Notes: generated by a model not told the origin, from the letters alone. A stretch of 64,000 nt of DNA from Crocinitomicaceae bacterium (GCA_045110285.1 JBGCGA010000013.1:28733-92732), one strand, 5' to 3'. Shown: positions 29,053 to 39,508, counted from the stretch's first letter. Made by a program: numbers and translations.

Positions 29053-31125
29053 ATGAAGACTGTTTACTTAATTTTCTATTTATTTTTATCATTTTCCACT
29101 TACGCTACTCATGTTGCAGGTGGAGTTATTACCTATGCTCCCACTGGAAACTTAAATGAATACGAGTTTACCTTAACAGTATATCGGGATTGTGATGCGT
29201 TTGCAAATATAGGTGATACAGTTCAATTGTCAGTTTCCAATTCATGCGGAATTATTAATAGTCCTCAAATTGCATTGGCAAAAATTTCAGTTGAAGAGAT
29301 CTCTCAAATTTGCACTGCTGAACTGGCAAATACAAGTTGCGGAGGAACTGCAGCACTAGAAGGTATTGAAAAACAGGTTTTCAAAGGAACAAGCACTCTT
29401 TCTGGCATCTGTTCCGAGTGGAATTTGAGTTATAAATCATGTAATAGAAATACATCATCAAACCTTCAAAATTCAGAAAGTAAATGCTTTTACATTGAAA
29501 CAAAGCTAAATAACGCTAATTTCCCATGTAATTCTTCACCAATAATTGTCGGACAATATCAAATTCCGTACACATGTGCAGGTCAGTCAATAAATTTATC
29601 TTCTTTTGTTATTGACAAAGATGGAGATTCTTTAAGCTTTAGCTTTATAAACTCTCTTGAATCAGGTGGATCACCAATTCAATATAATGCCCCTTTTACA
29701 GCTGCCCAACCAATTCCTGGAATTACAATTTCGAATACTGGCGAAATAAGTTTTAATTACTCTATCACGGGCAGTTTTGTGCTCACTGTATTAGTAGAAG
29801 AATTTGATGACCAAGGGCTACTAAAAGGCTCAATCATCCATGACTTTCAAGTAGTGATTGAAACCTGCACAAACAACATACCATTTGTCACTAGTATTTC
29901 TAATTTTAACAACCTAGGAACTACCGCATACCTTAATAGTGATACAATTTTTGTAGGGTTCAATGACCAATTTTGCTTTGACGTAGAATTTTGGGACCCC
30001 GACCCCAACACAGCTCTTATTTTGAGCAGTGACATTCAAGATATACTACCTGGTGCTTCGGTTACAACTTCGAGTGGAAATAATCCTGAAACTATAACAA
30101 TTTGCGGAGCATATAACCCTAATTTTATTGGAGGATTTTTCTCGGTCAGTGCAACAGATGATGCTTGTCCAATACCGGGAGTTAATACTAAGATTTTTCA
30201 CTTAAGCTTACCGACATCTTTACTTCCAATACCAGATACTATGATTATATGTGGTGGAAATATTTCAACAAATTTAAATTGTAGCACCATATCGGAATCA
30301 CTTGAATGGAAAGACAACAATGGAAACTTACTTATTGTAGGGACAGATATTAGCTGTAATCCCTGCCTGAGTCCAGATCTGTTGTTCACTACAAGTAGAA
30401 CAATTTCTGCTAACCTTCTTTCAAATCCCTTAATAACAAAAGATATTTTTATCGATTTCTATACAGTGCCGTCTCCATTTTTAACTGACACAACATTTAC
30501 CTGTTTAAATACTGATTTTCAATTTACAGGCCCGCACGGCCAGTATAATGAAACTTGGATGTATGATTCAATCATTTTTAATCAAAATCAACCAACAATT
30601 AATACCACCGACACCACATTTCTTTATTATTCGGACAATGCATCAAACGTTTGTTTTTACGAAGATTCAACGCTCATATATCCTACAAAACCTACCGCCA
30701 CAATATCTGGTGATTATTCAGGACTATCTGCAAATACCATGAATGGATACCTATGGACATTTAACAACTTTTTATTGCTCAATGAAACATATCAAACCCA
30801 TATACCTCTTGGTAATGGTGATTATAGAGTAATTGGTTATAATACATATAATTGCAGTGATACTTCTAATGTAATTGCTATATCAATACTTGAAATTCCG
30901 AGCTTAGAAAAAGAAATGCAAGTAGTTAGAACTGCAGAAGTAGTAAAAGTGAATGCTCATGAAAACTTTACTGAGATTTTTGTTTACAATATACAAGGTA
31001 AATTAATTTTAACACAATCAGTAAACACAAGTACAACTATTATTCAGTTACCTCATGCCATTCAATCATATATTATAGTGGCTACAGGAAAAAATGGAGA
31101 ATTATTATCGGTTAAAAAAATCTGA
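29053..31125 (+). CDS. Secreted Cys-rich beta-repeat surface protein, probable T9SS cargo (paralog 1)
   Basis: Signal peptide + THVAGGVITY, YRDC, DKDGDSL; CTD-like VYNIQGKL...KKI. Confidence 0.82.
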   Translation: MKTVYLIFYLFLSFSTYATHVAGGVITYAPTGNLNEYEFTLTVYRDCDAFANIGDTVQLSVSNSCGIINSPQIALAKISVEEISQICTAELANTSCGGTAALEGIEKQVFKGTSTLSGICSEWNLSYKSCNRNTSSNLQNSESKCFYIETKLNNANFPCNSSPIIVGQYQIPYTCAGQSINLSSFVIDKDGDSLSFSFINSLESGGSPIQYNAPFTAAQPIPGITISNTGEISFNYSITGSFVLTVLVEEFDDQGLLKGSIIHDFQVVIETCTNNIPFVTSISNFNNLGTTAYLNSDTIFVGFNDQFCFDVEFWDPDPNTALILSSDIQDILPGASVTTSSGNNPETITICGAYNPNFIGGFFSVSATDDACPIPGVNTKIFHLSLPTSLLPIPDTMIICGGNISTNLNCSTISESLEWKDNNGNLLIVGTDISCNPCLSPDLLFTTSRTISANLLSNPLITKDIFIDFYTVPSPFLTDTTFTCLNTDFQFTGPHGQYNETWMYDSIIFNQNQPTINTTDTTFLYYSDNASNVCFYEDSTLIYPTKPTATISGDYSGLSANTMNGYLWTFNNFLLLNETYQTHIPLGNGDYRVIGYNTYNCSDTSNVIAISILEIPSLEKEMQVVRTAEVVKVNAHENFTEIFVYNIQGKLILTQSVNTSTTIIQLPHAIQSYIIVATGKNGELLSVKKI

Positions 31126-31232
31126 TAGTGTTATTCAATTTTATTGCATTTTAGTAAAAACATGGCAACCATTTAACATTAATTATCGACTATGTAACAA
31201 CTAAAAACATTTACAAACAAATTTACAATTTA

Positions 31233-33302
31233 GTGCACTTGAAAAACCTACTATTTTTATTGTTCACAGTTTTTTCATGCTATGTTTCAGCCTCTTCAAT
31301 CGCAGGTGGAAACATCACTTACAAACCAACGGGAGTTTTAAACGAATTTGAATTTACTGCTAATATTTTTGTGGATTGTAGTGGTGCACAGCCTGCAAAC
31401 ACAGTACCAATATCTATAAAAAACTTTTGTGGAACAGCACCAGACGTTACAATTACACTAGACCTAGATTCAATTGTAGAAATATCTCAAATTTGTACTT
31501 CACAAATTAACAACACAACATGCGACCAATTACCGGGGCAATTGCAAGGTAGGCAACATTTTATTTATAGAGGTACATACCAACTACCAACCAATTGTAA
31601 TGAGTGGATTATCAGTGCGTCTATTTCCAGTCGAAGTCCAACCGTTAATACCTCTGGTGGAGACTTTTATGTAGAATCGAAACTGGATAATTTAAATAAC
31701 ATTTGTAATTCTTCTCCAAGCGTTACAAAATTTCATTACATCCCATATGCTTGCATCAATGAAACCATTGCCATACCAGGTAATTATTCTGATCCTGACG
31801 GTGATTCACTTGGTTATTCTTTAGTTGCTGGCTTGGCTAGTCCCGGTTTTCCGCTTACTTATTCGTCTCCTTTTACAGCTACTTCACCAATTGCAGGACT
31901 ATGGATTGATTCAATAACAGGAACACTATCAATTACACCAAATACTCCTGGAGCTTTTATTGTTTCAATTTTAATCGAGGAATTTGACGGTCAAGGAATT
32001 ATAAAGGGATCAATAATTCATGACTTTCATATAGTTGCAATGTCTTGTTCGAATCAGGCTCCAATCTATGATGGTGTATTTAACTTTGACGATTCAGGTA
32101 CAAATTCAACATTTATGCAAGACACAATAACTATGGGTCCATTAGATGAATTTTGCTTGGAAGTGCATTATTCTGATTTAGATGTCAACGCAACTCTTGA
32201 AAACTTTACAAATGTGCAAGATATTTTACCCAATGCTGTTGTAACTTCAATACCCGGGAATCCTGCCATTCTAAAAATATGCTGGGCATTTGATCAAAAC
32301 TACACTGGATCCACCTTCTATGTTGAGACATCAAATAATACGTGTCCCGTTCCAGGAGTGGCTTCACATATTTTTCATTTAGATTTGCCAGCTTCAGTAG
32401 CAGGTATTCCAGATACTCTTCCCCAATGTAATCTTCCAGCGCCTCCAATTCAGTTCGGCTGTTCAGTCCCATCATTATTAGGGTGGAGTGATAGCAATGG
32501 GAACTTACTAGATGTAGGCATTGATATTTCTTGCAATCCATGTAATAGTCCAGACTTCTTGTTCACAACTGACACAACAATTTCGGTATTCAACTACGAT
32601 TACCCCGGTATTTCACAGCCAATTTTTATTGAATACATTAATTTGAATCAAGACATTTTACCTGATACAACATACATTTGCAATGGTGAGCTTTTTACGT
32701 TTACAGGTCCTTATCCGAACTATACCGAAATTTGGTCAAATACTTTTAGTACCACCGTTCAAAATTCAATTATAGTAAGTAGTTCAAGTCCATCAATGCT
32801 ATATTACGACCTCAATGCCTACAATTACTGCTTTGTTTCAGATTCGACAGAATTGATAGCAACTAGCCCAACTGTTGTCATTAGTTTGGCCAACTCATTT
32901 CTTTTAGCCAATACACTTTCAGGCTATCAATGGCTCTTAAATAATGCACCAATTGGTGGGGCCAACAGTCAAATATTTACGCCTGTTCTTAACGGAAATT
33001 ATTCAGTAATCGGTTACGACAATTGGAATTGTTCTGATACATCAAATGTGATAGAAATTACTTCGGCAAATATTGATGAATATGAAACGAATATTTCTAT
33101 CACTCGAGCTAATAATGTGATCAGAATAAGTGGAATGAACCAAGCTGGAGTGTTTGAACTCTATGACATTCAAGGAAGGCTTATTTCAAAGGAGTCTCTA
33201 TTTGAATCAGAATTCAAAATTGAACTCCCCATTTCTAGTCAACTTTATGTGGCTAGAATTAGTTCGCTTACTGGAGAATTAATTCTTTCAAAAAAACTAT
33301 GA
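31233..33302 (+). CDS. Secreted Cys-rich beta-repeat surface protein, probable T9SS cargo (paralog 2)
   Basis: SSIAGGNITY, DPDGDSL, LYDIQGRL...KKL; colinear with 29053-31125. Confidence 0.82.
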   Translation: MHLKNLLFLLFTVFSCYVSASSIAGGNITYKPTGVLNEFEFTANIFVDCSGAQPANTVPISIKNFCGTAPDVTITLDLDSIVEISQICTSQINNTTCDQLPGQLQGRQHFIYRGTYQLPTNCNEWIISASISSRSPTVNTSGGDFYVESKLDNLNNICNSSPSVTKFHYIPYACINETIAIPGNYSDPDGDSLGYSLVAGLASPGFPLTYSSPFTATSPIAGLWIDSITGTLSITPNTPGAFIVSILIEEFDGQGIIKGSIIHDFHIVAMSCSNQAPIYDGVFNFDDSGTNSTFMQDTITMGPLDEFCLEVHYSDLDVNATLENFTNVQDILPNAVVTSIPGNPAILKICWAFDQNYTGSTFYVETSNNTCPVPGVASHIFHLDLPASVAGIPDTLPQCNLPAPPIQFGCSVPSLLGWSDSNGNLLDVGIDISCNPCNSPDFLFTTDTTISVFNYDYPGISQPIFIEYINLNQDILPDTTYICNGELFTFTGPYPNYTEIWSNTFSTTVQNSIIVSSSSPSMLYYDLNAYNYCFVSDSTELIATSPTVVISLANSFLLANTLSGYQWLLNNAPIGGANSQIFTPVLNGNYSVIGYDNWNCSDTSNVIEITSANIDEYETNISITRANNVIRISGMNQAGVFELYDIQGRLISKESLFESEFKIELPISSQLYVARISSLTGELILSKKL

Positions 33303-33332
33303 GTGCACCCTTTCGAAGTCCTTAAATTATAC

Positions 33333-33363
33333 AAAAAAAGTCAGCTTAATCGTTGACTTTTTT
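33333..33363 (+). terminator. Intrinsic terminator
   Basis: AAAAAAGTCA-N10-TGACTTTTTT. Confidence 0.65.
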
Positions 33364-33399
33364 CTATTTTTACGGGAATCAAAACCCAAGTTTCCTTAA

Positions 33400-34353
33400 A
33401 TGGATTTTAACGAAGAAAAATTTCAAGCTCACTTAAAAGAAATAGTTGCTGCTGGCGAAGTAGATGGAGAAAGACCATTGACACTTTCGGAACTGCAAGA
33501 ATTAGCCAATTCAATGGGATTATCAGATTCTGATTGGGCTCGACTTTTAAAAGAAGCAGATCAGAACTTGGCCTTAGCAAAAAACCACTTATCGGCTCGA
33601 AATTTTGTGGATGCTGTAGCTGCGGCTGATAAAGCAACAGCCATTAATCCTTACTTAAAAGATGGAAATTCGGTTTTAGCGCAAGCCTATTTAATGCAAT
33701 GGATTGATGACCAAGATTCAGTAAAACTGCAAAAGGCAGAATTTTTTGCTAGAAAAGAGTTGAAAGTTGATCCATCAGATGTAGAGGCTTTAAAAGTTTT
33801 AAGCACTGTTCAAAATAAGAAAAGGTTAAAGACAGATGATGGCAAACTAAAAAAATATGTTTTGTATGGTGTTGCCACGCTATTTTTAGTTTTTGTTTTG
33901 GGATACTGTGCCATAAGTCCTTCCACTTCGGGTAGTACTTCGCTGATAAAAAATCAACTCATTGAACTTGAAGAAACTGTAAGTGCGAAATTGGAGCTTG
34001 TAAACTCTGCTACTGCTCGAAGAAATAATTTGGTGCCTGAGCTTTTAAAATCTGTAAACGGAAATACAAGTATTAATGAAGATATTGAAATACTGCAATC
34101 TAAAATTGAAAATGCTCGTCAAAAAGAAAGAATCACCTTAGAACTAGAACTCGAACAAAAAATTAATCAGGCAAAAGCCCTAGCAGGTTCAGGAGCTGAA
34201 AAGAATGCGTTGATTATTAGTATTGAAGGCGCTGAGAACAGAATTAGTTTTGCCCGTAATGAATACAATGAAGCCGTAAGGCAATATAACACAGTTGTAA
34301 AACAAAACGGAGGAGACTTTGAGGGATTTGAAACAAAACCTTACTATAAATGA
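33400..34353 (+). CDS. TPR-LemA fusion membrane protein
   Basis: N-terminal TPR-like helices, TM at ~aa 153-171, LemA motifs RRNNLVPELL and EGAENRISFARNEYNEAVRQYN. Confidence 0.78.
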   Translation: MDFNEEKFQAHLKEIVAAGEVDGERPLTLSELQELANSMGLSDSDWARLLKEADQNLALAKNHLSARNFVDAVAAADKATAINPYLKDGNSVLAQAYLMQWIDDQDSVKLQKAEFFARKELKVDPSDVEALKVLSTVQNKKRLKTDDGKLKKYVLYGVATLFLVFVLGYCAISPSTSGSTSLIKNQLIELEETVSAKLELVNSATARRNNLVPELLKSVNGNTSINEDIEILQSKIENARQKERITLELELEQKINQAKALAGSGAEKNALIISIEGAENRISFARNEYNEAVRQYNTVVKQNGGDFEGFETKPYYK

Positions 34354-36272
34354 GGTTTTTAATCATTTCTATTTTAGTTCTGATTTGCAATTTAGCTAGT
34401 GCGCAAACCTATCAAGTCAGTGATATTTCTGGTCCAGATTTTTCGAGTAATTTCTACATTATAGACCCCGATAACTTAATTGATTCTAAAAAAGAATCCA
34501 TGCTACTGCCACTTAAAGACACCTATTTTTTTAAGCGCTTAATTGAACCAGTTGTAATTGCAGTAAATGATATTGAAGACAATAGCGAAGATTTTCTTGA
34601 AGAATACGTTAAAATCCATAAACTAGAAACGATTACTAACGGAAGATTTATCATACAACTGTATGTTAAAGCACAATCTAAAATTGCCTTTTATGTTGGT
34701 AGTCAGCTCAAACCAATTTACGATCCTTTATATTTAAATGGTTTAATTACTGAATTTGAACCTAAAATGAAATTTGATAATTATGGCTCTTATCAGTACA
34801 CTATTTTCCAAAGAATTGGAAGTCATTTAATTGACAAGGTTTCATTCTATTACGATTTGGAATCCAATTCTGACTTTGTTATTCCGTCTTACCCTAACCA
34901 GCTAATTTTAGCTCGGAGAGCCTTTGAATCTGTGAAATACGATAAAGATGCAGCAGCTGAATCTAACAGTGCTATATATTCTGAAAGTGTCAATCAAGCA
35001 TATGGATCCGAAAACCAAAGCAATGAATCAGTAAATTATTCAAATATAAAATATGCCTATTCAACCGAATTGATAAAAAACATAGCTGATGTACCAAACC
35101 AAAGAGCTATTAATAATGTGTGGGTTTCTAATCCCAATCGAATTATTTCGGATGATGAGGCCAACCAAATTGACAAAAAACTAAAAGAAATTGAAGCCAA
35201 TACCGGATTCGAAATAGCTGTGGTATTTTTAAATTCCATTAACAATCAGGATGCTTATGATTTTGGATTAAAGTTGTTCAATTCTTGGGGAATAGGAAAA
35301 AAGGATAAAAACAATGGCCTTTTAATTAAAATAGTGTTAAATCCCAGGGCATTGACCTTTATTACTGGATCGGGTACTGAATTAGTTTTTTCTGATGCAG
35401 CCACATACAGTGTGGGAAATGATTATATGAAACCAAGTTTTAAAGAAGGAGAATATGGACAAGGCGTGCTAAAGGGCTTAGAACGAATAGAAACTATTTT
35501 TGAAGGAAGTGACGTGCCAAGTATTTCAAATTCAAAATTCAAAAGCAATCATAATAGTGATAATAATTACCCTTGGTACGAGAGATATCCTGGCCTAATG
35601 TTTTATTTTCTTTTTGCAATGCTGTTGCTAGGCATCTATTTAATTGTTTTATTGATTGCCATTATTTTTGTGAAAGATTTGCACAGACGATATCACATCA
35701 TCAAATTTTTCAATCTTTTGGTGTTTCCTTTCCTTTTCCCTATTCCTTTTGCTATTCTATTTTTCTTTAATAAAGCAATGATGAATCGTTGGCGAAATAC
35801 CATTCGTTTTGGAGAACTGCAAGGCGAGGTTATGCACAAATTAGAGGAGAATGAAGAAGATGAATATTTATCCCAGGGACAGATTACAGAGGAACGGATA
35901 AAATCCATTGATTATGATGTTTGGGTAACCTCAACAAGAAGTGAGATACTAGTTCTTGGCTATAAAGACTGGATCAATAAATACAAGAGATGCCCTAAAT
36001 GCACCAGCAAAACGTATTTTAAAGAATATGATAAAACCATTAGAGCTGCAACATATTCTAGTTCAGGTTCAGGTCAAACTAAATATTATTGCGAGAATTG
36101 TAAACATGTAAAAATTAGAAATTATACGATTCCAAAATTAGTAAAATCTAAATCAAATTATTCTCGTGGAGGGAGCTCTTGGGGAGGTGGAAGTTCTTGG
36201 AGCGGCGGCGGAGGTGGTTCATCTTGGGGCGGCGGTTCCTCAAGCGGTGGCGGTTCCTCAAGCGGATGGTAA
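34350..36272 (+). CDS. TPM-domain (YgcG-like) membrane protein with a Zn-ribbon and Gly/Ser tail
   Basis: FNSWGIGKKDKNNGLLI TPM motif, two TM helices, CPKC...CENC, GGSSWGGG tail. Confidence 0.85.
   Translation: MRFLIISILVLICNLASAQTYQVSDISGPDFSSNFYIIDPDNLIDSKKESMLLPLKDTYFFKRLIEPVVIAVNDIEDNSEDFLEEYVKIHKLETITNGRFIIQLYVKAQSKIAFYVGSQLKPIYDPLYLNGLITEFEPKMKFDNYGSYQYTIFQRIGSHLIDKVSFYYDLESNSDFVIPSYPNQLILARRAFESVKYDKDAAAESNSAIYSESVNQAYGSENQSNESVNYSNIKYAYSTELIKNIADVPNQRAINNVWVSNPNRIISDDEANQIDKKLKEIEANTGFEIAVVFLNSINNQDAYDFGLKLFNSWGIGKKDKNNGLLIKIVLNPRALTFITGSGTELVFSDAATYSVGNDYMKPSFKEGEYGQGVLKGLERIETIFEGSDVPSISNSKFKSNHNSDNNYPWYERYPGLMFYFLFAMLLLGIYLIVLLIAIIFVKDLHRRYHIIKFFNLLVFPFLFPIPFAILFFFNKAMMNRWRNTIRFGELQGEVMHKLEENEEDEYLSQGQITEERIKSIDYDVWVTSTRSEILVLGYKDWINKYKRCPKCTSKTYFKEYDKTIRAATYSSSGSGQTKYYCENCKHVKIRNYTIPKLVKSKSNYSRGGSSWGGGSSWSGGGGGSSWGGGSSSGGGSSSGW
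36231..36266 (+). repeat. 18-nt tandem direct repeat within the Gly/Ser tail
   Basis: GGCGGTTCCTCAAGCGG(T/A) x2. Confidence 0.8.
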
Positions 36273-36291
36273 AATTATTAAACACAAGAAA

Positions 36292-37062
36292 ATGACAAAT
36301 AAGAAACCTCTTATTTTAGTGACAAACGACGACGGCATCACCGCAAAAGGCATTCAATTTTTGGTACAGGCTATGAAACCTTTAGGCGACATAGTTGTTG
36401 TGGCACCAGATAAACCTCAAAGCGGTATGGGCCATGCCATTACAATCCATCACCCACTAAGACTTGAGAGGTCAAAAGTATTTGGTGACATTGAAGCATA
36501 TACTTGCTCAGGAACACCAGTTGACTGCGTTAAAATTGCGATATACGAAGTTCTAAAAAACAGACCAGCATTGCTTGTATCGGGAATTAATCACGGATCC
36601 AATGCAGCTACAAATATTCTGTATTCCGGTACCATGTCAGCTGCTGTTGAAGGTGCTATAGAAAATGTGCCATCCATTGGGTTTTCGCTACTTGATTTCG
36701 ATAAAGATGCTGATTTTGTAGCATCTGCACATTATGCTAGAAAGATAGCTGAGCAAGTCTTAAAAAATGGCATTCCTGGCGGAAACTGCTTAAATGTAAA
36801 TATTCCAAAAGGTACTTTGGCAGAAATAAATGGTGCGAAAATTTGCAGACAAGGAAAAGCCTATTGGGATGATCAGTTTACAAAACGTCAGGCGCCGTTT
36901 GGTGGAGATTATTATTGGATGTCTGGTCAGTTTACAGTGTCAGACAAAGGAGAAGATACGGATATGTGGGCTTTGGATCACAATTATGTGTCAATTGTAC
37001 CTATTCAGTTTGATATGACTGCACATAATTTACTAGCAACACTTAATGAATGGGAAATATAA
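36292..37062 (+). CDS. surE: 5'/3'-nucleotidase SurE
   Basis: ILVTNDDGI, SGTPVDCV, SGINHGSN, YSGT; true start MTNKK at 36292. Confidence 0.96.
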   Translation: MTNKKPLILVTNDDGITAKGIQFLVQAMKPLGDIVVVAPDKPQSGMGHAITIHHPLRLERSKVFGDIEAYTCSGTPVDCVKIAIYEVLKNRPALLVSGINHGSNAATNILYSGTMSAAVEGAIENVPSIGFSLLDFDKDADFVASAHYARKIAEQVLKNGIPGGNCLNVNIPKGTLAEINGAKICRQGKAYWDDQFTKRQAPFGGDYYWMSGQFTVSDKGEDTDMWALDHNYVSIVPIQFDMTAHNLLATLNEWEI

Positions 37063-37072
37063 TTAATTTTAC

Positions 37073-37387
37073 GTGATGAGTTTTGTAGATAAATTAAAGA
37101 AATACGATACCGTTTGGGTTGGCATAGTCGTAGCTGTAATACTTCTTATTGTTGGTTTTTTACTGTCGTATATTGTAAAAGGCTATCCAGCAATTAATTT
37201 TTCGAGATATGTTGGTTTTTTAACCAATGGCAGTTCTGACCGCATGGACATCTTAATTTTTAGTTTATTGCCTAATATGCTTTTGTTTTATTTTACCAAC
37301 TTCCGTTGGCAGTTTTACGAATTTGTAAAAGGGCTGGTAGTAGTATCAGTTATTTTTTGTTTGCTCATTGTCGTTACTTCGCTATAG
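37073..37387 (+). CDS. Small hypothetical membrane protein (3 TM)
   Basis: Three hydrophobic segments; directly follows surE. Confidence 0.72.
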   Translation: MMSFVDKLKKYDTVWVGIVVAVILLIVGFLLSYIVKGYPAINFSRYVGFLTNGSSDRMDILIFSLLPNMLLFYFTNFRWQFYEFVKGLVVVSVIFCLLIVVTSL

Positions 37388-38690
37388 ATTCTTTTTTTGG
37401 AACTCTAAATAACAATACTACTCCAATAATAAAGAAAACCATTAACGCTAGCACAGAAGCCCTAATATCCCCAAATAAGCTTTCCATAACACCAAAAGCA
37501 ACCATTCCGATTACTATCCCGATTTTTTCTGTAATATCAAAAAAACTGAAAAAAGAGGCTGTATCATCAGTTTCAGGTAAAAACTTTGAATAAGTTGACC
37601 TACTAAGAGACTGTGTTCCACCCATCACAAAACCAACAATACATGCCAAAACATAGAACGTAATTTGGCTATCTACAACTATATATGCAAATACACAAAC
37701 GAAAACCCAAACTACTAAAGCAATAATCAAGGTCATTATATTTCCTATTCGTTTAGATAAGTAACTAAATAAATAAGCACCCGGTATCGCAATAAACTGA
37801 ATAATTAAAACGGCTATAATCAGACCGCTGCTATCGCCATTAGTAAACACAACTTTCTTCGCAAAAAGCACAGCCATTAACATAATGGTTTGGACTCCCA
37901 TACTAAATACAAAAAAAGAGTACAAGAATCGTTTTAGTTGCATAGTTCCTTTGATAAAAGCCCACACTTTTTTTAACTCCTTAAAACCATTCCCTAAAAT
38001 TTCTTTGGTTATTTTGTTACTGTTTTTTGCTTCTGGAAGTTTTCTGTAGGTAATTTGACTAAACCCGATCCACCAAATTGCCACCAACACAAAGGAAGTT
38101 TTCGCTTCCATTTTAAACGGCAGTAAACCTGGTATTAAATTGTCCATTAGTAAAAGACAAATAATTAATAATATTGACGCTCCAAAATACCCCATTGAAA
38201 ATCCCTTTGCACTGATTCTATCATGATCTTTTGGCTCTGCAATTTCAGGTAAATAAGCGTTATAAAACACCAAGCTATTCCAAAAACCAATACTGGCAAA
38301 GAATATAGAAAGCATACTCCACTCCAAGTTATGCTTATCAAAAAAGTATAAACTTGCAGTTGAAATAGCACCTAAATAACAAAAGAACTTTAAAAAACCC
38401 TTTTTACTGCCGGAATAATCAGCTACTCCCGATAGGATGGGTGAAACAAAACATACAACTAAAAATGAAGCAGCTACTACAAAGGAATAGAGTGCTGAAT
38501 TAGCAAGCTCTAATCCCAGAAAGTTAACCATATCATGGTTGGGACCAGTTCCAATTCCAATAGGTCCTTTTCCAGTAACAGTTTCGTAAAAAATAGGGAA
38601 TATAGATGTCGAAACTACTAATGGATATGATGAATTTGCCCAATCATAAAATGCCCATGCATTAATTACTTTTTTATTTCCTTTTTCCAT
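37374..38690 (-). CDS. MFS transporter (UMF1/Atg22-like)
   Basis: AWAFYDWANS, FYNAYLPEIA, GGTQSLSRS; about 12 TM helices. Confidence 0.9.
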   Translation of the reverse strand: MEKGNKKVINAWAFYDWANSSYPLVVSTSIFPIFYETVTGKGPIGIGTGPNHDMVNFLGLELANSALYSFVVAASFLVVCFVSPILSGVADYSGSKKGFLKFFCYLGAISTASLYFFDKHNLEWSMLSIFFASIGFWNSLVFYNAYLPEIAEPKDHDRISAKGFSMGYFGASILLIICLLLMDNLIPGLLPFKMEAKTSFVLVAIWWIGFSQITYRKLPEAKNSNKITKEILGNGFKELKKVWAFIKGTMQLKRFLYSFFVFSMGVQTIMLMAVLFAKKVVFTNGDSSGLIIAVLIIQFIAIPGAYLFSYLSKRIGNIMTLIIALVVWVFVCVFAYIVVDSQITFYVLACIVGFVMGGTQSLSRSTYSKFLPETDDTASFFSFFDITEKIGIVIGMVAFGVMESLFGDIRASVLALMVFFIIGVVLLFRVPKKESIAK

Positions 38691-38717
38691 AGCAACTATT
38701 TCATATCAAATATGCAC

Positions 38718-38749
38718 AAAAAAAAGCACTCCAATTGAATGAAGTGCTT
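38718..38749 (-). terminator. Probable intrinsic terminator for 38776-39498
   Basis: AAGCACT/AGTGCTT stem with a U-tract on the minus strand. Confidence 0.6.
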
Positions 38750-38775
38750 CTTAAATTGTTTCAATAAGCTTTTAA

Positions 38776-39498
38776 TTACTCATTATTCTCTTGTGCTTTT
38801 TTCACTTTCTCCTCTAAACTCATTAATACAGCCTCAGCTCTAGCAATTTTTTCTTTCTTTGCCGCGTATTCTTCCTCTGTTATTTCTTTCTTTTCCATTG
38901 AAATTTCCAAATCTTCTTTGGCTTTTGCAATTTTGTCTTTGCCGTTTTTAATGTCAGAATTAGCTTTCTCTGAAACTTCTTTCAGCTTTTCAGCTTTCTC
39001 CTCTTTTTTTGCTCTAGCCTCTTTTGCTCTTTCCTGACCAAATTCTTTTCCAGATAATTCACCTTTATTTTGTCCATGGGCTTTGCCATTATTTGGTTTT
39101 TTATCTTTCACTTCCTTTGAAATCTTGTCTTTCTGCTCTTCCAGGTCTTCCATCCCATCCTCTTTCAATTCCTTCGCTTCTTCTTTCAATTCCTTTGCCG
39201 CCTCTTTTGCCTCTTTACTTAATTCTTTAGCATTTTCTTTGGCTTCTTTAGCCTCTTTTGATGCTTTTCCTTTCAGTGTCTCAGCTTTTTCTTTATTTCC
39301 TTGCCCCATTTCAGAAACTTCTTGAACTTCCTTTTCAATTTTTCCAGTCTCTTTTTTTACTTCTTTTCCTAAGGTCTCTTTTTGCTGAATAACTTCTTTC
39401 TTCTGTTTTTCAATCTTCTTTTCCTTTCCTACCTGAGCAACTGTAGTTGCTGAAAAAAACAAAAGTGATAGCAGTATAATCGTTTGTAAATTTTTCAT
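38776..39498 (-). CDS. Exported Lys/Glu-rich helical (hydrophilin/LEA-like) protein
   Basis: Signal peptide TVA-Q; KEAKE repeats; GKAHGQNKGELSGKEFGQ segment. Confidence 0.78.
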   Translation of the reverse strand: MKNLQTIILLSLLFFSATTVAQVGKEKKIEKQKKEVIQQKETLGKEVKKETGKIEKEVQEVSEMGQGNKEKAETLKGKASKEAKEAKENAKELSKEAKEAAKELKEEAKELKEDGMEDLEEQKDKISKEVKDKKPNNGKAHGQNKGELSGKEFGQERAKEARAKKEEKAEKLKEVSEKANSDIKNGKDKIAKAKEDLEISMEKKEITEEEYAAKKEKIARAEAVLMSLEEKVKKAQENNE

Positions 39499-39508
39499 TA
39501 TTTTGTTC

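Noticed and set aside
36166-36291. 42-aa N-terminal extension of SurE and the local GC-rich patch
   Set aside because: Alternate-frame reading of the Gly/Ser tail of the TPM gene. The GC richness is explained by Gly codons, not foreign DNA.
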